A DNA stretch of 64,000 bases. Origin: Octopus vulgaris. Taxonomy: Eukaryota. This document shows positions 41,313 through 54,008 of the stretch, in pieces (position 1 is the stretch's first letter; every line of letters starts with the position of its first letter). The notes under the pieces are model-generated. The model was not told the origin of the DNA. It did not search any database and was given only the letters and a program-made list of their open reading frames with translations. Location of the stretch: the NCBI GenBank assembly GCA_951406725.2, contig OX597815.1:34224001-34288000 (forward strand), in the 5' to 3' direction. A program made the translations under genes and the position numbers.

Positions 41313-42119
41313 TCTAATCTAATCTATAAAATGAAGAAGGCGAACGTTTATACAAATTGGATTTTTATATAAAAAGGTGTCTAAATGGGGCTGGAAGGGG
41401 ATTAAAATTTACAGGAGGGGGTAACTTGAGGTGAGAAATTGATTGGAAAAGGTTTTGGGGCACTACAGTGGTTGCTTTGCTGTGAAAACGGGGATTTTAT
41501 TTATTTTGGGAGACACTTGAGGGTCTAGATTGGACGCCTTTTGCCAGATTTCAATCAAATTTTCAACATGGCAAAGTGGAAGCGGATTTGTAATTTAAGC
41601 GCGGAAAATGGGTTCGAAATTTTGAAAATTAAGGCTAGATTTTTGAAGTTGAAAAAATTTCTCCTTTTTACGTATTTTTGCCCTTTATTTTTTATTGTTT
41701 ACAGTTTTCCTTTTTTCTGAAAGAAATTTACAGCTGCATGCAGCCCCTGTTTAGAGCTTTCATTTGCATGGTCAATCGTCGAAAAATTCCCAAAAAAAGT
41801 TCTAAATATAACAAAGAAATCCTTTTTTTCCTTATTTTTAATCGCTCAAATAGTGGCACGTACAAAAGGCAAATGTGCTTTCCATTGTCACTGCCTGATA
41901 TTTATGATTAATCTTTCAAAATATTTTCTTTCTCAACTCACTCAAGATTTTTTGTTTTTTTATAAATGGGAGATAGACAGAGAAAGATAGAGTAAGAGAA
42001 AGTGAGGGAGAGTCCGAGAGAGAGAGAGAGAGAGAGAGGTGATAAGAAACAGAAAGGAAGCAACAGAAAGTAACAATCACACCCTCACCCGCACGTAAAG
42101 CGGGTCACCTTAAGGTAGT
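41313..42119 (+). mobile_element. Probable non-autonomous Helitron-like element (may extend 5' to ~41095)
   Basis: 5' A|TCTAATCTAATCTATAAAA; 3' hairpin ACCCGC-ACGTAAA-GCGGGT (42087-42105) about 10 nt before GTAG|T, a CTAG variant. Confidence 0.4.
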
Positions 42120-42120
42120 A

Positions 42121-42302
<182 letters not shown>

Positions 42303-42309
42303 CGTGTAT

Positions 42310-42525
42310 GTCTTTATGTTTGTTTGTCTCACCACCATCACCTGAAAACCAGTGTTGGTTTGTTTATGTCCCCATAATCTAGCGGTTCGGTTAAAGACAC
42401 CGATCGAATAAGTACCAGACTTGCAAAAAATAAGTATTGAGATCGATTTGTTCAACTAAACCCTTCAAAATGCTGCCCCAGCATGGCCGCAGCCCAATAA
42501 CTGACACAAGTCAGAGAGAAGATAG
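42310..42525 (+). mobile_element. SINE family A, 3' half
   Basis: Body and tail match. Confidence 0.75.
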
Positions 42526-42544
42526 AAGAATTTCCAGCATTTTT

Positions 42545-42900
42545 TCGCAGCATAGTGCCACAGATCCCAACATTGCTATCAAAATACTGGACCAGATACT
42601 GCAGATACTGCAACAGCTTGGGCTACAGCTCTTCAAAATCCTTCCAAAATGCCAGAAAGACCGGCTTGGTGTCTTTCAAAACAAAACTGGAACTTCTCCT
42701 GTCAAAGGTTCTGGATGAGGCTACGTCACGGCAAGAAACACAGATGAGGACAGCAGAATCAAACTCCCTCATTCACCAGATGCCACACATCAGAGAAGAT
42801 TTCAAATAATGAAGGTGCAGCAAATCCAACGGTAGTGCTCCAGCATTACCACAGCTTTCAAGCTGAAACCAGTTAAAGATTAAAAATTAAAGATTATTAA
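42545..42900 (+). mobile_element. CR1-type LINE 3' terminus (ORF2 end, 3' UTR, tail)
   Basis: FKTKLELLLSKVLDE..RTAESNSLIHQ..*; 3' UTR GGTAGTGCTCCAGCATTACCACAGCTTTCAAGCTGAAACCAGTTAAAG is similar to the SINE A tail. Confidence 0.75.
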
Positions 42901-43435
42901 AAATAAATTGCAATTTACCATTTGCACAATAATAAGCCCAGCACTGAAAAAAAAAAAAAAGAACCAACGAAAGACGCATCCATTGGTGCTATAAATTAGT
43001 GGTTTTATTGTTTTAATAGTTAACTCGCGCCAATAAATACATCTCTTCCAGGAGAGTAACAGCTTAAGTGAATGAAATTGGTTTCTACCGGAAATTCAAA
43101 CCGGATCGTAAGCGATAACTTGTAATGGCATCAGTCAATGGTAAGGAAGAAGTAAAACGACGCAACGCTTAACTAATACCGTAAACATAATTGGTTTTGA
43201 TTAATTTCATTAATTACATCTTACACATCTTATTCCTCAGTTCTCTGACATGATATTTACGGTTGACCACATGTCAGATGAGGTCATTAACGAGGCGACT
43301 TTTATATTTCGGGCCAGTCGAATCTATTAGCATAAGAGAGCTTCTCTTATTAAAAATTATACGCTTAAGTCTCTTCTGAATCTTTCCAATCACCTCGGGA
43401 GACATGCTACTGTAATTTCCAACTTTATCACACAA

Positions 43436-43468
43436 CATCGTCGTCATCGCTGTGTCGTTGTTGTCATT

Positions 43469-43522
<54 letters not shown>

Positions 43523-43976
43523 GTCGTCGTCGTCGTCGTCGTCGTCAATATCGTCGTTGTCGTCGTCGCTGCCATCGTCGTCGCTGTCATCGTCGTCGTC
43601 GTCGCCATGATCGTCATCGTCGTGATCATCATCATCATCATCATTGTCGTCGTCGTCGTCGTCATCATTGTCATCATCGTCACAATCGTCATCACCATCA
43701 TCGTCGTCGTCATCGGCGGCGGCGACGGTGCAGTCTTCTTCCTCCTCCTCCTGATCATCGTCATCATCATCATCGTCGTCGTCGTCGTCGTTGTCGTCAA
43801 CATCATCATCGTCGTCGTCATCATCATCATCAGCAGCAGCAGCATCCTGGAGGACATAATCATTCTCATCCACAACAAAGAAACCACATCTTCCTCTTTA
43901 TTTTCATTTCACCTCTCATCAAATCCTCTACTTCAAATCTTTTGCTTCCTCCTCCTCCTCCTCCTCCTCCTCCTCC

Positions 43977-44032
<56 letters not shown>
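43436..44032. repeat. (CAT)n/(CGT)n/(CCT)n microsatellite block
   Basis: Directly visible. Confidence 0.95.
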
Positions 44033-44033
<1 letters not shown>

Positions 44034-44749
44034 GCTTAAGCTGATGTTAACTTACATATGAATTAGAGTAACTTTTTTTTAAAATTCCTCAAATCCCACC
44101 CACGCATGACTCTGACCTATCTTTTAATCCTCATTGAAATCTTTCTGCTGTGAATGTTCAGCGCTAACAAGAAAGTGAAGTTCCAGTTCTCCTTTAAATA
44201 GAACACTTAATTAAGAATAAGAAAACAATTTATCATGCTCTCAGCTAAATATGGAATGGAAATCTCTAGAAAACATTCGAATTATCACATGTGGATCTTA
44301 TTGAGTCTTATTCAGGTTGGCAATAGTAGAGGGCATAAATAATTTCACTAATTAGACTGCATGCAAACTATGTTATCCACAGTTAATCAATCAACTGCTG
44401 TTGCAGATGTAACAATAAGCGACAAAAATCCTGCGATACATCGTCGAATAATTGCGTTAATTAAAATTCTAGGAGAATATATATTAAGTCTCGTTCGAAA
44501 TCTCGTTCGAAATCTTGTGTCAGTACCTATTGTAAACGCCGTGGTATAATTTTGAAAGGGTCGCGATGACAAAATCTTTTCCTTGGAAATATTCATGAAT
44601 CATTTGTAATGAGTAGGAATACGTCGACAAAAGGCATACAGTACATGTACACAATTAATGCTCAGACCAAACCAGGTGCCTAATATAAAAGCTGGACAGG
44701 CGGTTGTTAATGACATCAAAACAGTCATAAAATAGAGATACGGACGTGA

Positions 44750-44886
44750 ATATACTATACTATAATATAATATAATATAATATAATATAATATAATATAA
44801 TATAATATAATATAATATAATATAATATAATATAACATAATATATAATAATGTAATATACTATACTATAATATAATATAATATATA
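44750..44886. repeat. (TATAA)n pentanucleotide microsatellite
   Basis: Directly visible. Confidence 0.95.
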
Positions 44887-45096
44887 ATTAAGCAAGAAAA
44901 CAGAAAAGCCACAGTTCATGGTAATTCTTCGTAGGTATATATCTTGGAAGTTTATACTCTAATGTCACATATAAGAGAGTAGAAACTCTGAGTAGTACTT
45001 TGCTGTGGTTCTTCATAGATAGGAAAGTAAATAATCGGAGGGTTCAAACTCGAAATTCACGAATAAGTTTACAGAAGACTCTTTTATATGTGACAT

Positions 45097-45176
45097 TAGA
45101 GATCGTGTCACTAATGAGGAAGTGAAAAGAAGAATAAGGCAGGCAATAGGGGCCCTTTGAGGAACTTCTTACCACG
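45097..45176 (+). mobile_element. Short RTE-type LINE ORF fragment
   Basis: Translates RDRVTNEEVKRRIRQAIGPFEELLTT, resembling the RTE post-RT TNEEV motif. Confidence 0.6.
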
Positions 45177-45179
45177 CAG

Positions 45180-45251
<72 letters not shown>

Positions 45252-45604
45252 GTATATATCAAAATAAGCAACAAGGATATCCAGAACGATCGTTTCATGC
45301 AACTCCATTTAATTGAACAATACAATCATTACATCAATTTAAAATGCAGAGAAATCCTCAGCTTCACAAAGACATAGAATTTAATTAAATTCGAACATAT
45401 GGACATATTAGTATAATTATGCCTAAAATCTCAAAGAAGTTAAGGAGATAGACAAAGAAGTTACTAAATTATCAGGAAGACTGCCTGATTTTATTTATTT
45501 ATTTTTTTTTTGGTTAGATGAATGCAGTTTTGACACAAACTTAGCAGACACGCGTCTCATACCCAAGGACTGAAAGGTACCATAACTAATATGCACTTCC
45601 TCTG

Positions 45605-45699
<95 letters not shown>

Positions 45700-45700
<1 letters not shown>

Positions 45701-46259
45701 AATAATAGTTATCGCCATACTAATATGGCATTCTTATAAAAATAAGAAAAAAGCTGTCCGCTTATTAGCTCCATGAGGCCATCGCCTTAAGTTAGCTATT
45801 TGATACACAAACTGTATCCATATAACCTTCGAACAAGGGAGGTCAGTCGCTCCACACTACTTGACCGGCAGCTACAGACGCGTTTCGGGGTATTGCCCCT
45901 TTTCAATGCAGCGTAGCCAGCCAGTAGGTGTCGCTTCCGACAATCTCTGTTCGATGGTTTTATTTACCTAGTTTCGGTGGAATACATCCACTTGTTTTCA
46001 ATAATAGAAATATTAAAATAACTAAGTCTCTCTAAAAGAGAACAGCGGCAGCGTTCCCGGAAAATAATAGTTATCGCCATACTAATATGGCATTCTTATA
46101 AAAATAAGAAAAAAGCTGTCCGCTTATTAGCTCCATGAGGCCATCGCCTTAAGTTAGCTGTTTGATACACAAATGCCATATTAGTATGGCGATAACTATT
46201 ATTTTCCGGGAACGCTGCCGCTGTTCTCTTTTAGAGAGACTTAGTTATTTTAATATTTC

Positions 46260-46265
<6 letters not shown>
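45700..46265 (-). mobile_element. Penelope-like/retrozyme-like element: 362-bp unit, 112-bp direct repeats, 94-bp inverted end, inside (TA)n
   Basis: 45700-45811 matches 46062-46173; 46001-46094 is inverted at 46172-46265; HHR at 45871-45912. Confidence 0.85.
45871..45912 (-). ncRNA. Minimal hammerhead ribozyme, U3-A8 core variant
   Basis: GCTGCA-TTGAAAA-GGGG-CAATA-CCCC-GAAA-CGCG-TC-TGTAGC: 6-bp stem I, 4-bp stem II, palindromic ACGCGT, GUC site. Confidence 0.75.
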
Positions 46266-46306
<41 letters not shown>

Positions 46307-46309
<3 letters not shown>

Positions 46310-46563
46310 CCGTGATCACCGTGACCGACCAGGTTATCAGATGTTGCTACACATCGCTGGTCACAATGCACTTCGCATTGTTTTAGCCTTCAAATAAGCA
46401 AGCAGGCCAACAGAAGAAAGAGTGAGAGAAAGTTGTGGCGAAAAGTACAGCAGGGATCGCCACCACCCCCTGCAGGAGCCTCGTGGAGCTTTAGGTGTTT
46501 TCGCTCAATAAACACCCTACGACCGCGTATCCGCTGCCCTAACCACTGGGCCATTGCGCCTCC
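46307..46563 (-). mobile_element. SINE family C (tRNA-derived head)
   Basis: Reverse complement starts GGAGGCGCAATGGCCCAGTGGTTAGGGCAGCGG; homologous to 49416-49673. Confidence 0.85.
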
Positions 46564-46599
46564 ACATATACATACATACATATATATATATACATATAT

Positions 46600-46616
46600 A
46601 TATACATAATAATATA

Positions 46617-46672
<56 letters not shown>

Positions 46673-46810
46673 TAATAAATAATATATATGCATACATACA
46701 AACATATATGTACGTACCTACATCTACATGTATATATACATGCATATATAAATATATATACGTGAGTACAGGACACCACAACTAGACGTAGAACTCAACG
46801 AGAAACGAAA
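46600..46810 (-). mobile_element. Penelope-like repeat family P, 3' fragment
   Basis: GAGTACAGGACACCAC..GTAGAAC.CAACGAGAAACGAAA matches the reverse complement of 6480-6600. Confidence 0.65.
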
Positions 46811-46964
46811 TATATATAAGTTTTCGAAAACAATTCTATCAATGGTCAGCATATTAAAAAATACCTTTAAAGGTAAAATTTATAAACAATTTATAAGTAA
46901 GGGCAAAAGAAAAAAATTCTAATGCGAAAATATGCCGAAAATAGACATAACGTCAATAACCATG

Positions 46965-47091
46965 TATTTATCACTACAAACACGCGTTTCGAAGAAAGCC
47001 GACAGAAATTTCTAAAAAAAAACCGTTATTACCATATCGGACACGATTTCAGAGTTAGTTCATAGGAACCTTCCCTTCATCAGTGACAAAT
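46965..47091 (-). ncRNA. Degenerate hammerhead with long stem II insertion
   Basis: ATTTGTCA-CTGATGA-AGGGAA..(~70 nt)..TTCTTC-GAAA-CGCGTGTTTGTAG-TGATAAAT; 8-bp stem I; cleavage junction imperfect. Confidence 0.45.
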
Positions 47092-47267
47092 GCGGCAAAG
47101 AAATAAGTGAGATACTTACTTATATCCATGGAAGAAGCGAACACTAAGTCATGAGCACAATTAAGTACCCCAAATATATCCAAAATAGAAACTCCCTAGC
47201 CCATCTCGAGACACGTGCGATTCGAACTAAAAAACTCTCATAAATACCAGAGGTAGAAAAATATGTA

Positions 47268-47427
47268 TTATTAAAAATCAGCAAAAATATCACAAAACTG
47301 TTACTTAGGGTTTCACGTTCCCGTTCGGCGGACAGTTTTGTTTAGATCCTAAACAAAACTATCCGCCGAATGGGAACATGAAACTCTGTGTAACAGTTTT
47401 TGCGATATTTTTGCTGATTTTTAATAA
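47268..47427. mobile_element. ~78-bp-arm palindrome with a variant hammerhead in each arm
   Basis: 47268-47345 is the inverse of 47349-47427; AAAACT(G/A)T-CCGCCGA-A(C/T)G-GGAA-C(G/A)T-GAAA-..-GTA-ACAGTTTT at 47294-47339 (-) and 47355-47400 (+). Confidence 0.7.
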
Positions 47428-48147
47428 AGTATATATATATATTTACGAATACATCCAGGCATATTTATACACACTCACACACACACATGCAGGCACGCAC
47501 ACACACACACACACACATATACATATATATGTGTGTATAGAGAGTGGGGCAGGTGTAGTGGAGACGAGAGATGGAAGAGAAAAAGTGGGCATACGAGAGA
47601 CAGAATGGAATGCGAAGAGAAAAGTGGGGAAGTGAAAGAGAGAAAGCGAAGCAGAGTGAGCAAGGCAAAAGGGAAAGTTGAAAAGAGAGAGAGAGAGTAA
47701 AGATAATCAATGTACGAGAACTTGAAATTGAAATAAGCAAGATGGAAAAGAAGAATAAGAGTATAGAGGCTGTATCGATAATAAGTAGATCACTGGGTAT
47801 GATAGGAAGGAACATTTAGAAAACTATAATCACCCTAGCAGGCTTCTGCATCGTTACTTACAATCAAAATAATAGCCCCGCTGGGCACAGGGCATACGTT
47901 ATACACAATCTTCTCAATACAGTAACATCACTCAAATATTCTACCTACTGCATCTGATGCTATCAATAAAATATCATATTAGCAACACTAAAACAACCAT
48001 TAGCAGCATCAGCATCATAATAACAATTAACAACAGCAGCAATAGCAATGTTATGAAAAAACAAAAAAAAAAAAAAGAAATCAAATCGAAAGATGCAAAA
48101 TTATCTGTAATCTAATCATCAACAACGAAAAACAACGGAACACACAC

Positions 48148-48198
48148 CTGAGGATCACTTGGATGCACCTGGTGTTAAGAGTCGAACCATATACGTAA
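48148..48198 (-). CDS. Candidate 51-nt internal exon (phase 2-2) of an unidentified membrane protein
   Basis: TTATTCCATAG|..|GTGTGT; the only open frame is (F)YVYGSTLNTRCIQVIL(R), in phase with exon 52660-52781. Confidence 0.5.
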
Positions 48199-48235
48199 CT
48201 ATGGAATAATATTAATGGCGATAGGGATAACAGAG

Positions 48236-48243
48236 ATGGTGGC

Positions 48244-48281
<38 letters not shown>

Positions 48282-49010
48282 CGACGATGTTAATGTTGAT
48301 GATGATGAAGAGGATGGTGGGAATGATGATAATGATGATGATGAAGATGGGGTGCTGCTACTGATGATGATGATGATGAAGAAGAGGATGATGAGAATGA
48401 TGACGACGACGACGACGATGTTGATGATAATCTTGGCGGTAGTGGTGGGGTGGTGGTTACGGTCGTGGTTGTGATTTTGGTCGTGTTGTGGTGGTAATGG
48501 TGGTGGTAATGCTGGTAGTGATGATGATGATGATGATGAGGAGGAGGAGGAGGAGGAGGAGGAGGAGGAGGAGGAGGAAGGGGATGGTGGGAATGATGAT
48601 AATGATGATGATGATGATGATGGGGGTGCTGCTACGGATGATGATGATGAAGAAGAGGATGATGGGAATGATGACGACGACGATAATGATGATGATGATG
48701 ATGATGATGATAATCGTGGCGGTAGTGGTGGGGTGGTGGTTACAGTCGTGGTGGCAATGGTGGTCGTGGTGTTGGTGGTTGTGGTTGTGGTGATGATGAT
48801 GATGATGATGATGTTGATGATGGTGATTGTGGTAGTGGTGTGGTGGTGATGGTGATGGTGGTGGTGGTGCTGGTGCTGGTGCTGCTGCTGCTGCTGACGA
48901 TGATGATGATGATGAGAAGGAGGTTGAGAAATAGAAGGAGGATGGATATGATGATGATGATGAGTGATGATTATAATCGTGGTGGAGGTCGTCGTCGTCG
49001 TGATGATAAT
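48236..49010. repeat. GAT/GGT/GAG microsatellite block containing a ~160-bp local duplication
   Basis: GATGGTGGGAATGATGATAAT..GGGGTGCTGCTAC..GGCGGTAGTGGTGGGGTGGTGGTTAC at ~48313 and ~48582. Confidence 0.9.
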
Positions 49011-49316
49011 AAACAGTAACATATCAATAACAAAAATATTGATATGAACAATACACACGACCATCACCAACAACAACAACAGTCGCAAAAGCATAAATAC
49101 TTATAATGACGAAAACAGCAACATCAACAACAATGGGAACAATTCTTTATTGGCCACAACGTTTCACACACAGTATAAAGCGTTTCATACAAAATGGATT
49201 ACAAAATGGATTACAAAATATGCGAGAAATATACATACGTAGATACATTCATTACATATGTACATGCACATATACACACAAATAGATATACATATGTACA
49301 TATATATATATATGTA

Positions 49317-49709
<393 letters not shown>

Positions 49710-49711
<2 letters not shown>

Positions 49712-50563
49712 GTCAGTTGCAAATGATCACCATATGTCAGAAGGAATAGTCAGAAATGTCCACGAAGATATCAGATATAAGTCTTATATGATGAGGAAAG
49801 GTCAGTTAGTCAGAAAAAGCAAAAGAAAATCACTACATCAGATCTAAAAGGATTTTAAACAAACTGAAAAATCCAGCAGATTTGATTTAGTTTTTCACAA
49901 ACGAGAAAAGCTTCAACCAAAACCAAACAATTAACAGAAACATGACAGATGGTTATGCGCAGACCCTTCTGAATTTCCAAGTGCTATGAATACAAAATTT
50001 CTTGTAACTGCCATGGCTTTAGGGGTTGCCAGCAATGAAGGATAGATGATGCCCCCTTACTTCTTTCCACAAGGCTTTAGAATTAACCCTGCTGCCTACA
50101 TTGCGGTCCTGGAAATAATTGTTAAATTCTGGATAGACAGTGTATGCAATGAAAAGCCGTGTTTCAGTAAGACTTTGCACTGTCACACATGGCTCTAGTA
50201 ACACAGGAATGAATAGCTGACAATTTTCATCATCACATAACCCCTAACATTTGTTCTCCTAATTCCCCAGATCTGTCTACTGGACTATTATATATGGAGC
50301 GTTGTTGAGAGAGAGGTCAATGAACACGCCTATAACACCAAAGATTCTTTGAAATATGCCAAAATGAACCAGGACCACTTCATTCGAGCATGTACATGAT
50401 TTAGATCTCATATAGAAGCAGCTATTGAAGCTGAATGTGGCTTTGTTGAATAACATTATAGAAAAGGTTTATTTTTATCCTCATACCATTTTTTGATAGA
50501 GTTATCTTATTATATATCCGTTTTTTTACAGACATAAATTTGTACTCAAATATCTTATGCACC

Positions 50564-50566
<3 letters not shown>
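49710..50566 (+). mobile_element. Decayed Tc1/mariner-superfamily (maT/DD37D-like) transposon, 3' part
   Basis: EDIRYKSY.MRKGQ, FFTNEKSF, ALGVASNEG, PNSPDL..LDYYIWSVVEREVN; ends ..GCACCCTG followed by TA. Confidence 0.8.
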
Positions 50567-50621
<55 letters not shown>

Positions 50622-50623
50622 GT

Positions 50624-50882
50624 TTTTCGTTCATACACTTGTCTACGTCTTTGGTTTTTCTGTAAATTTCAACTATATATATAGTTGAAATTTATATATA
50701 AACTTAGATAAACTTAGACTTAGATATGTTTCGACCAAAGATTGGTCCAGGCCATGTCTAACTTAATAGCACCACCTGATAGGATTATTCGAATCCTGTT
50801 TAAGTCAAGTTTTGTTTAAGTCAAGTATTGTTCAAGTAGTGAGTTCTTGTTGGGTGAGTTGTATTCAGATATATATATATAG

Positions 50883-50950
<68 letters not shown>

Positions 50951-50973
50951 GTAGACAAGTGTATGAACGAAAT
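50624..50973. repeat. Short element with ~25-bp inverted ends in (TA)n
   Basis: TTTCGTTCATACACTTGTCTACGT at ~50626 is inverted at 50949-50972; inner TTCAACTATATATATAGTTGAA palindrome. Confidence 0.65.
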
Positions 50974-51003
50974 TTTTACAATTAATTGTTTATTTGAATT
51001 GAC

Positions 51004-51613
<610 letters not shown>

Positions 51614-52659
51614 GAACCTTTCACGAATAGGATTTCTCCCTCAATACGTATCTATTTCTAGTTATGCTTCTATGCATCACATGAGTTCATACTAACAACC
51701 CTATTGCTTTTTATGCAGATGGTATCTTTGAATTATTTAAAGTATTAAATAGAATTTAAACGCAGAAATCCGACAGTTAAACTCAGTATGGGCGTAATAT
51801 TAAATAGGATAAAGAACCTATTCTAGAGAATAAGAAAAACACTGTTGGAATTTTGAATGCAACATTTGTATATCCACAACTGTCAGAATACCAAGTTTAA
51901 TTTTAGAGAACGACCACCGTAAACAGATATAGATTATTGGTATGAGCTGTCTGACGAGAAAGACATCCAAGAGAAACAGTGAGCGAGACTGAGAACAGAG
52001 TGGCAGTTAAACTATGAAATGCATGAATAAGTGAGAGGATACAAAGAGAAAATTGTGCCAATTGTTGATTAGTTGTTTAGGCGAAGGTAGACACGAGTGA
52101 AGTTGAAAGACAAGTCAATTAAAGAAAAGAAACTGTGAAAGTGTGTAAAGAGATGACTGTGTTGTATGAAAGAAACTGTATTAAGAAAGAGTGTGCTTCT
52201 CTGTCATTAAAGAGTTAACACACTCTAGTAAAAACTGGTTAACTGTTGGCTACTATGAAAAGAAATATTTCCAAGATCAAATGTAAACTCGATTAAGAAA
52301 GTCACTAAGCATCTAGGAGACTCTGACAAATGTCGACTTTATGGAAGGAGGCAACAATGATTCGCTTTGTCAGTGGAAACTGTTAAATATACATCGACAT
52401 TACAACACTGCCCGAGATAGGGTGGTGATGATGGTGGCGGTGGTGGTGGTGGTGGTGGTGGATCATCGCTGTTCAGTGATGAGAATTCGGCTGTTTGGTC
52501 TACTACATTACCTGTTCCTGAATTAAGATGTAAGTAGCTGAACATTCCACAGGGGCATGTGTACTCTTGAAATAATTCTTAGCCAGAATCAACGTGAAGC
52601 ATTGTGATATGGTCCTAAGGGCTGTAGCTTCTGAACTACAAGAACGATTTTTCACTTAC

Positions 52660-52781
52660 AAGGTATACGCCGTCATGAAGCCACAGAAGATGACATATGC
52701 CCAAGAGGCAACGCTTTGGGCTGGAATCCAGAAGCTGGTCATCGCGAAGCGAAACGTTTTAATTATACGGTCATACTGTGC
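52660..52781 (-). CDS. Candidate 122-nt exon (phase 0-2) encoding a hydrophobic, probably transmembrane segment
   Basis: TTTTATTTTGGGTGTAG|..|GTAAGT; AQYDRIIKTFRFAMTSFWIPAQSVASWAYVIFCGFMTAYT; non-repetitive, higher GC than its flanks. Confidence 0.6.
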
Positions 52782-53387
52782 CTACACCCAAAATAAAATA
52801 GGTTAGGGAGAGAGGGGAGAGAGAGAAAAGAGAGAGAGAGGAGAAGGAGAGAAAGCGAGAGAGAGAGGGGAGAGGGAGAGAGGGAGAGAGGGGAGAGGGA
52901 GAGAGGGAGAAGAGCGGTGGGAGTGAAAGAGAAATTTTGATAGTAATAACAATTGTTATAGAAGAGCTTGTCTTTAAAAATCTATTTTATTACAAATGAT
53001 GCAGGTAATACAATGAACCAAGGAGAGAGCCTCTACGTGATCGCTCAACCCGCTAGAAGTAGCAACCAGATCTCTGACAGTTATTAAATAAGGCAGTTAT
53101 ACTGAAATATTAGTCAGGGAAAGCTATGCCTAAAGGATTACAAACTCTTTGCGAATTTGTTATCGTTGTTTAGCTCCTGTCGATGTTCTCGTCCTGATGG
53201 TCTCATCTTTTTTTCTAACATAAATATCTACCGTCATCTTGTTGGCTTCTCTTTGAAGAAGTAGTGCCAATTTGCCAGTAACTCTCGTAAACAATTAATC
53301 AAGGCAAAACAAAAGCGACTTCAAGATTCATTTCAGTTCATTGTAATAAGTTACTATTATTTTCACTAACATTCTCTCGCACATAAG

Positions 53388-53575
53388 GTGGCGAGCTGGC
53401 AGAATAGTTACAGCGCCGGGCAAAATACTTAACGGAATTTTGTCTGTTTTTATGCTCTTAGTTCAAATGCAGCGGGCACCTACTTTACCTTCCATCCTTT
53501 CGGCACTGGGATCGATGTAATTGACAAGCCTCCTCCCACGAACTTGCTGGCCTTGTGCCAAAATTTGAAACCAAT
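53388..53575 (+). mobile_element. SINE family B, diverged
   Basis: GGTGGCGAGCTGGCAGAA head; GGCCTTGTGCCAAAATTTGAAACC tail. Confidence 0.75.
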
Positions 53576-53603
53576 ATTCCGCCGTACAAATTTCTTCCAT
53601 ATA

Positions 53604-54008
53604 GGCGCAGGAGTGGCTGTATGGTAAAGTAGCTTGCTAACCAGCCACATGGTTCCGGGTTCAGTCCCACTGCGTGGCATCTTGGGCAAGTGTCTTCTGC
53701 TATAGCGCCGGACCGACCAATGCCTTGTGAGTGGATTTTGGTAGACGGAAACTGAAAGAAGCCTGTCGTATATATGTATATATATATATATATGTATGCG
53801 TGTGTGTCTGTGTTTGTCCCCCCAACATCGCTTGACAACCGATGCTGGTGTGTTTACGTCCCCGTCACTTAGCGGTTCGGCAAAAAGAGACCGATAGAAT
53901 AAGTACTGGGCTTACAAAGAATAAGTCCCGGGGTTGATTTGCTTGACTAAAGGCGGTGCTCCAGCATGGCCGCAGTCAAATGACTGAAACAAGTAAAAAA
54001 AAAAAAAT
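53604..54008 (+). mobile_element. SINE family A, full length
   Basis: Head, microsatellite, tail and A-run present. Confidence 0.92.

Noticed and set aside
43274-43873. Acidic 199-aa ORF
   Set aside because: Derived from (GAT/GAC)n repeats
50715-50762. Hammerhead on minus (GACCA..TGGTC-GAAACATATC)
   Set aside because: Stem II and GAAA present but no CUGANGA-like box
52513-52538. 26-nt micro-exon on minus after exon 52660-52781
   Set aside because: Weak acceptor, and it would break phase with the 51-nt exon
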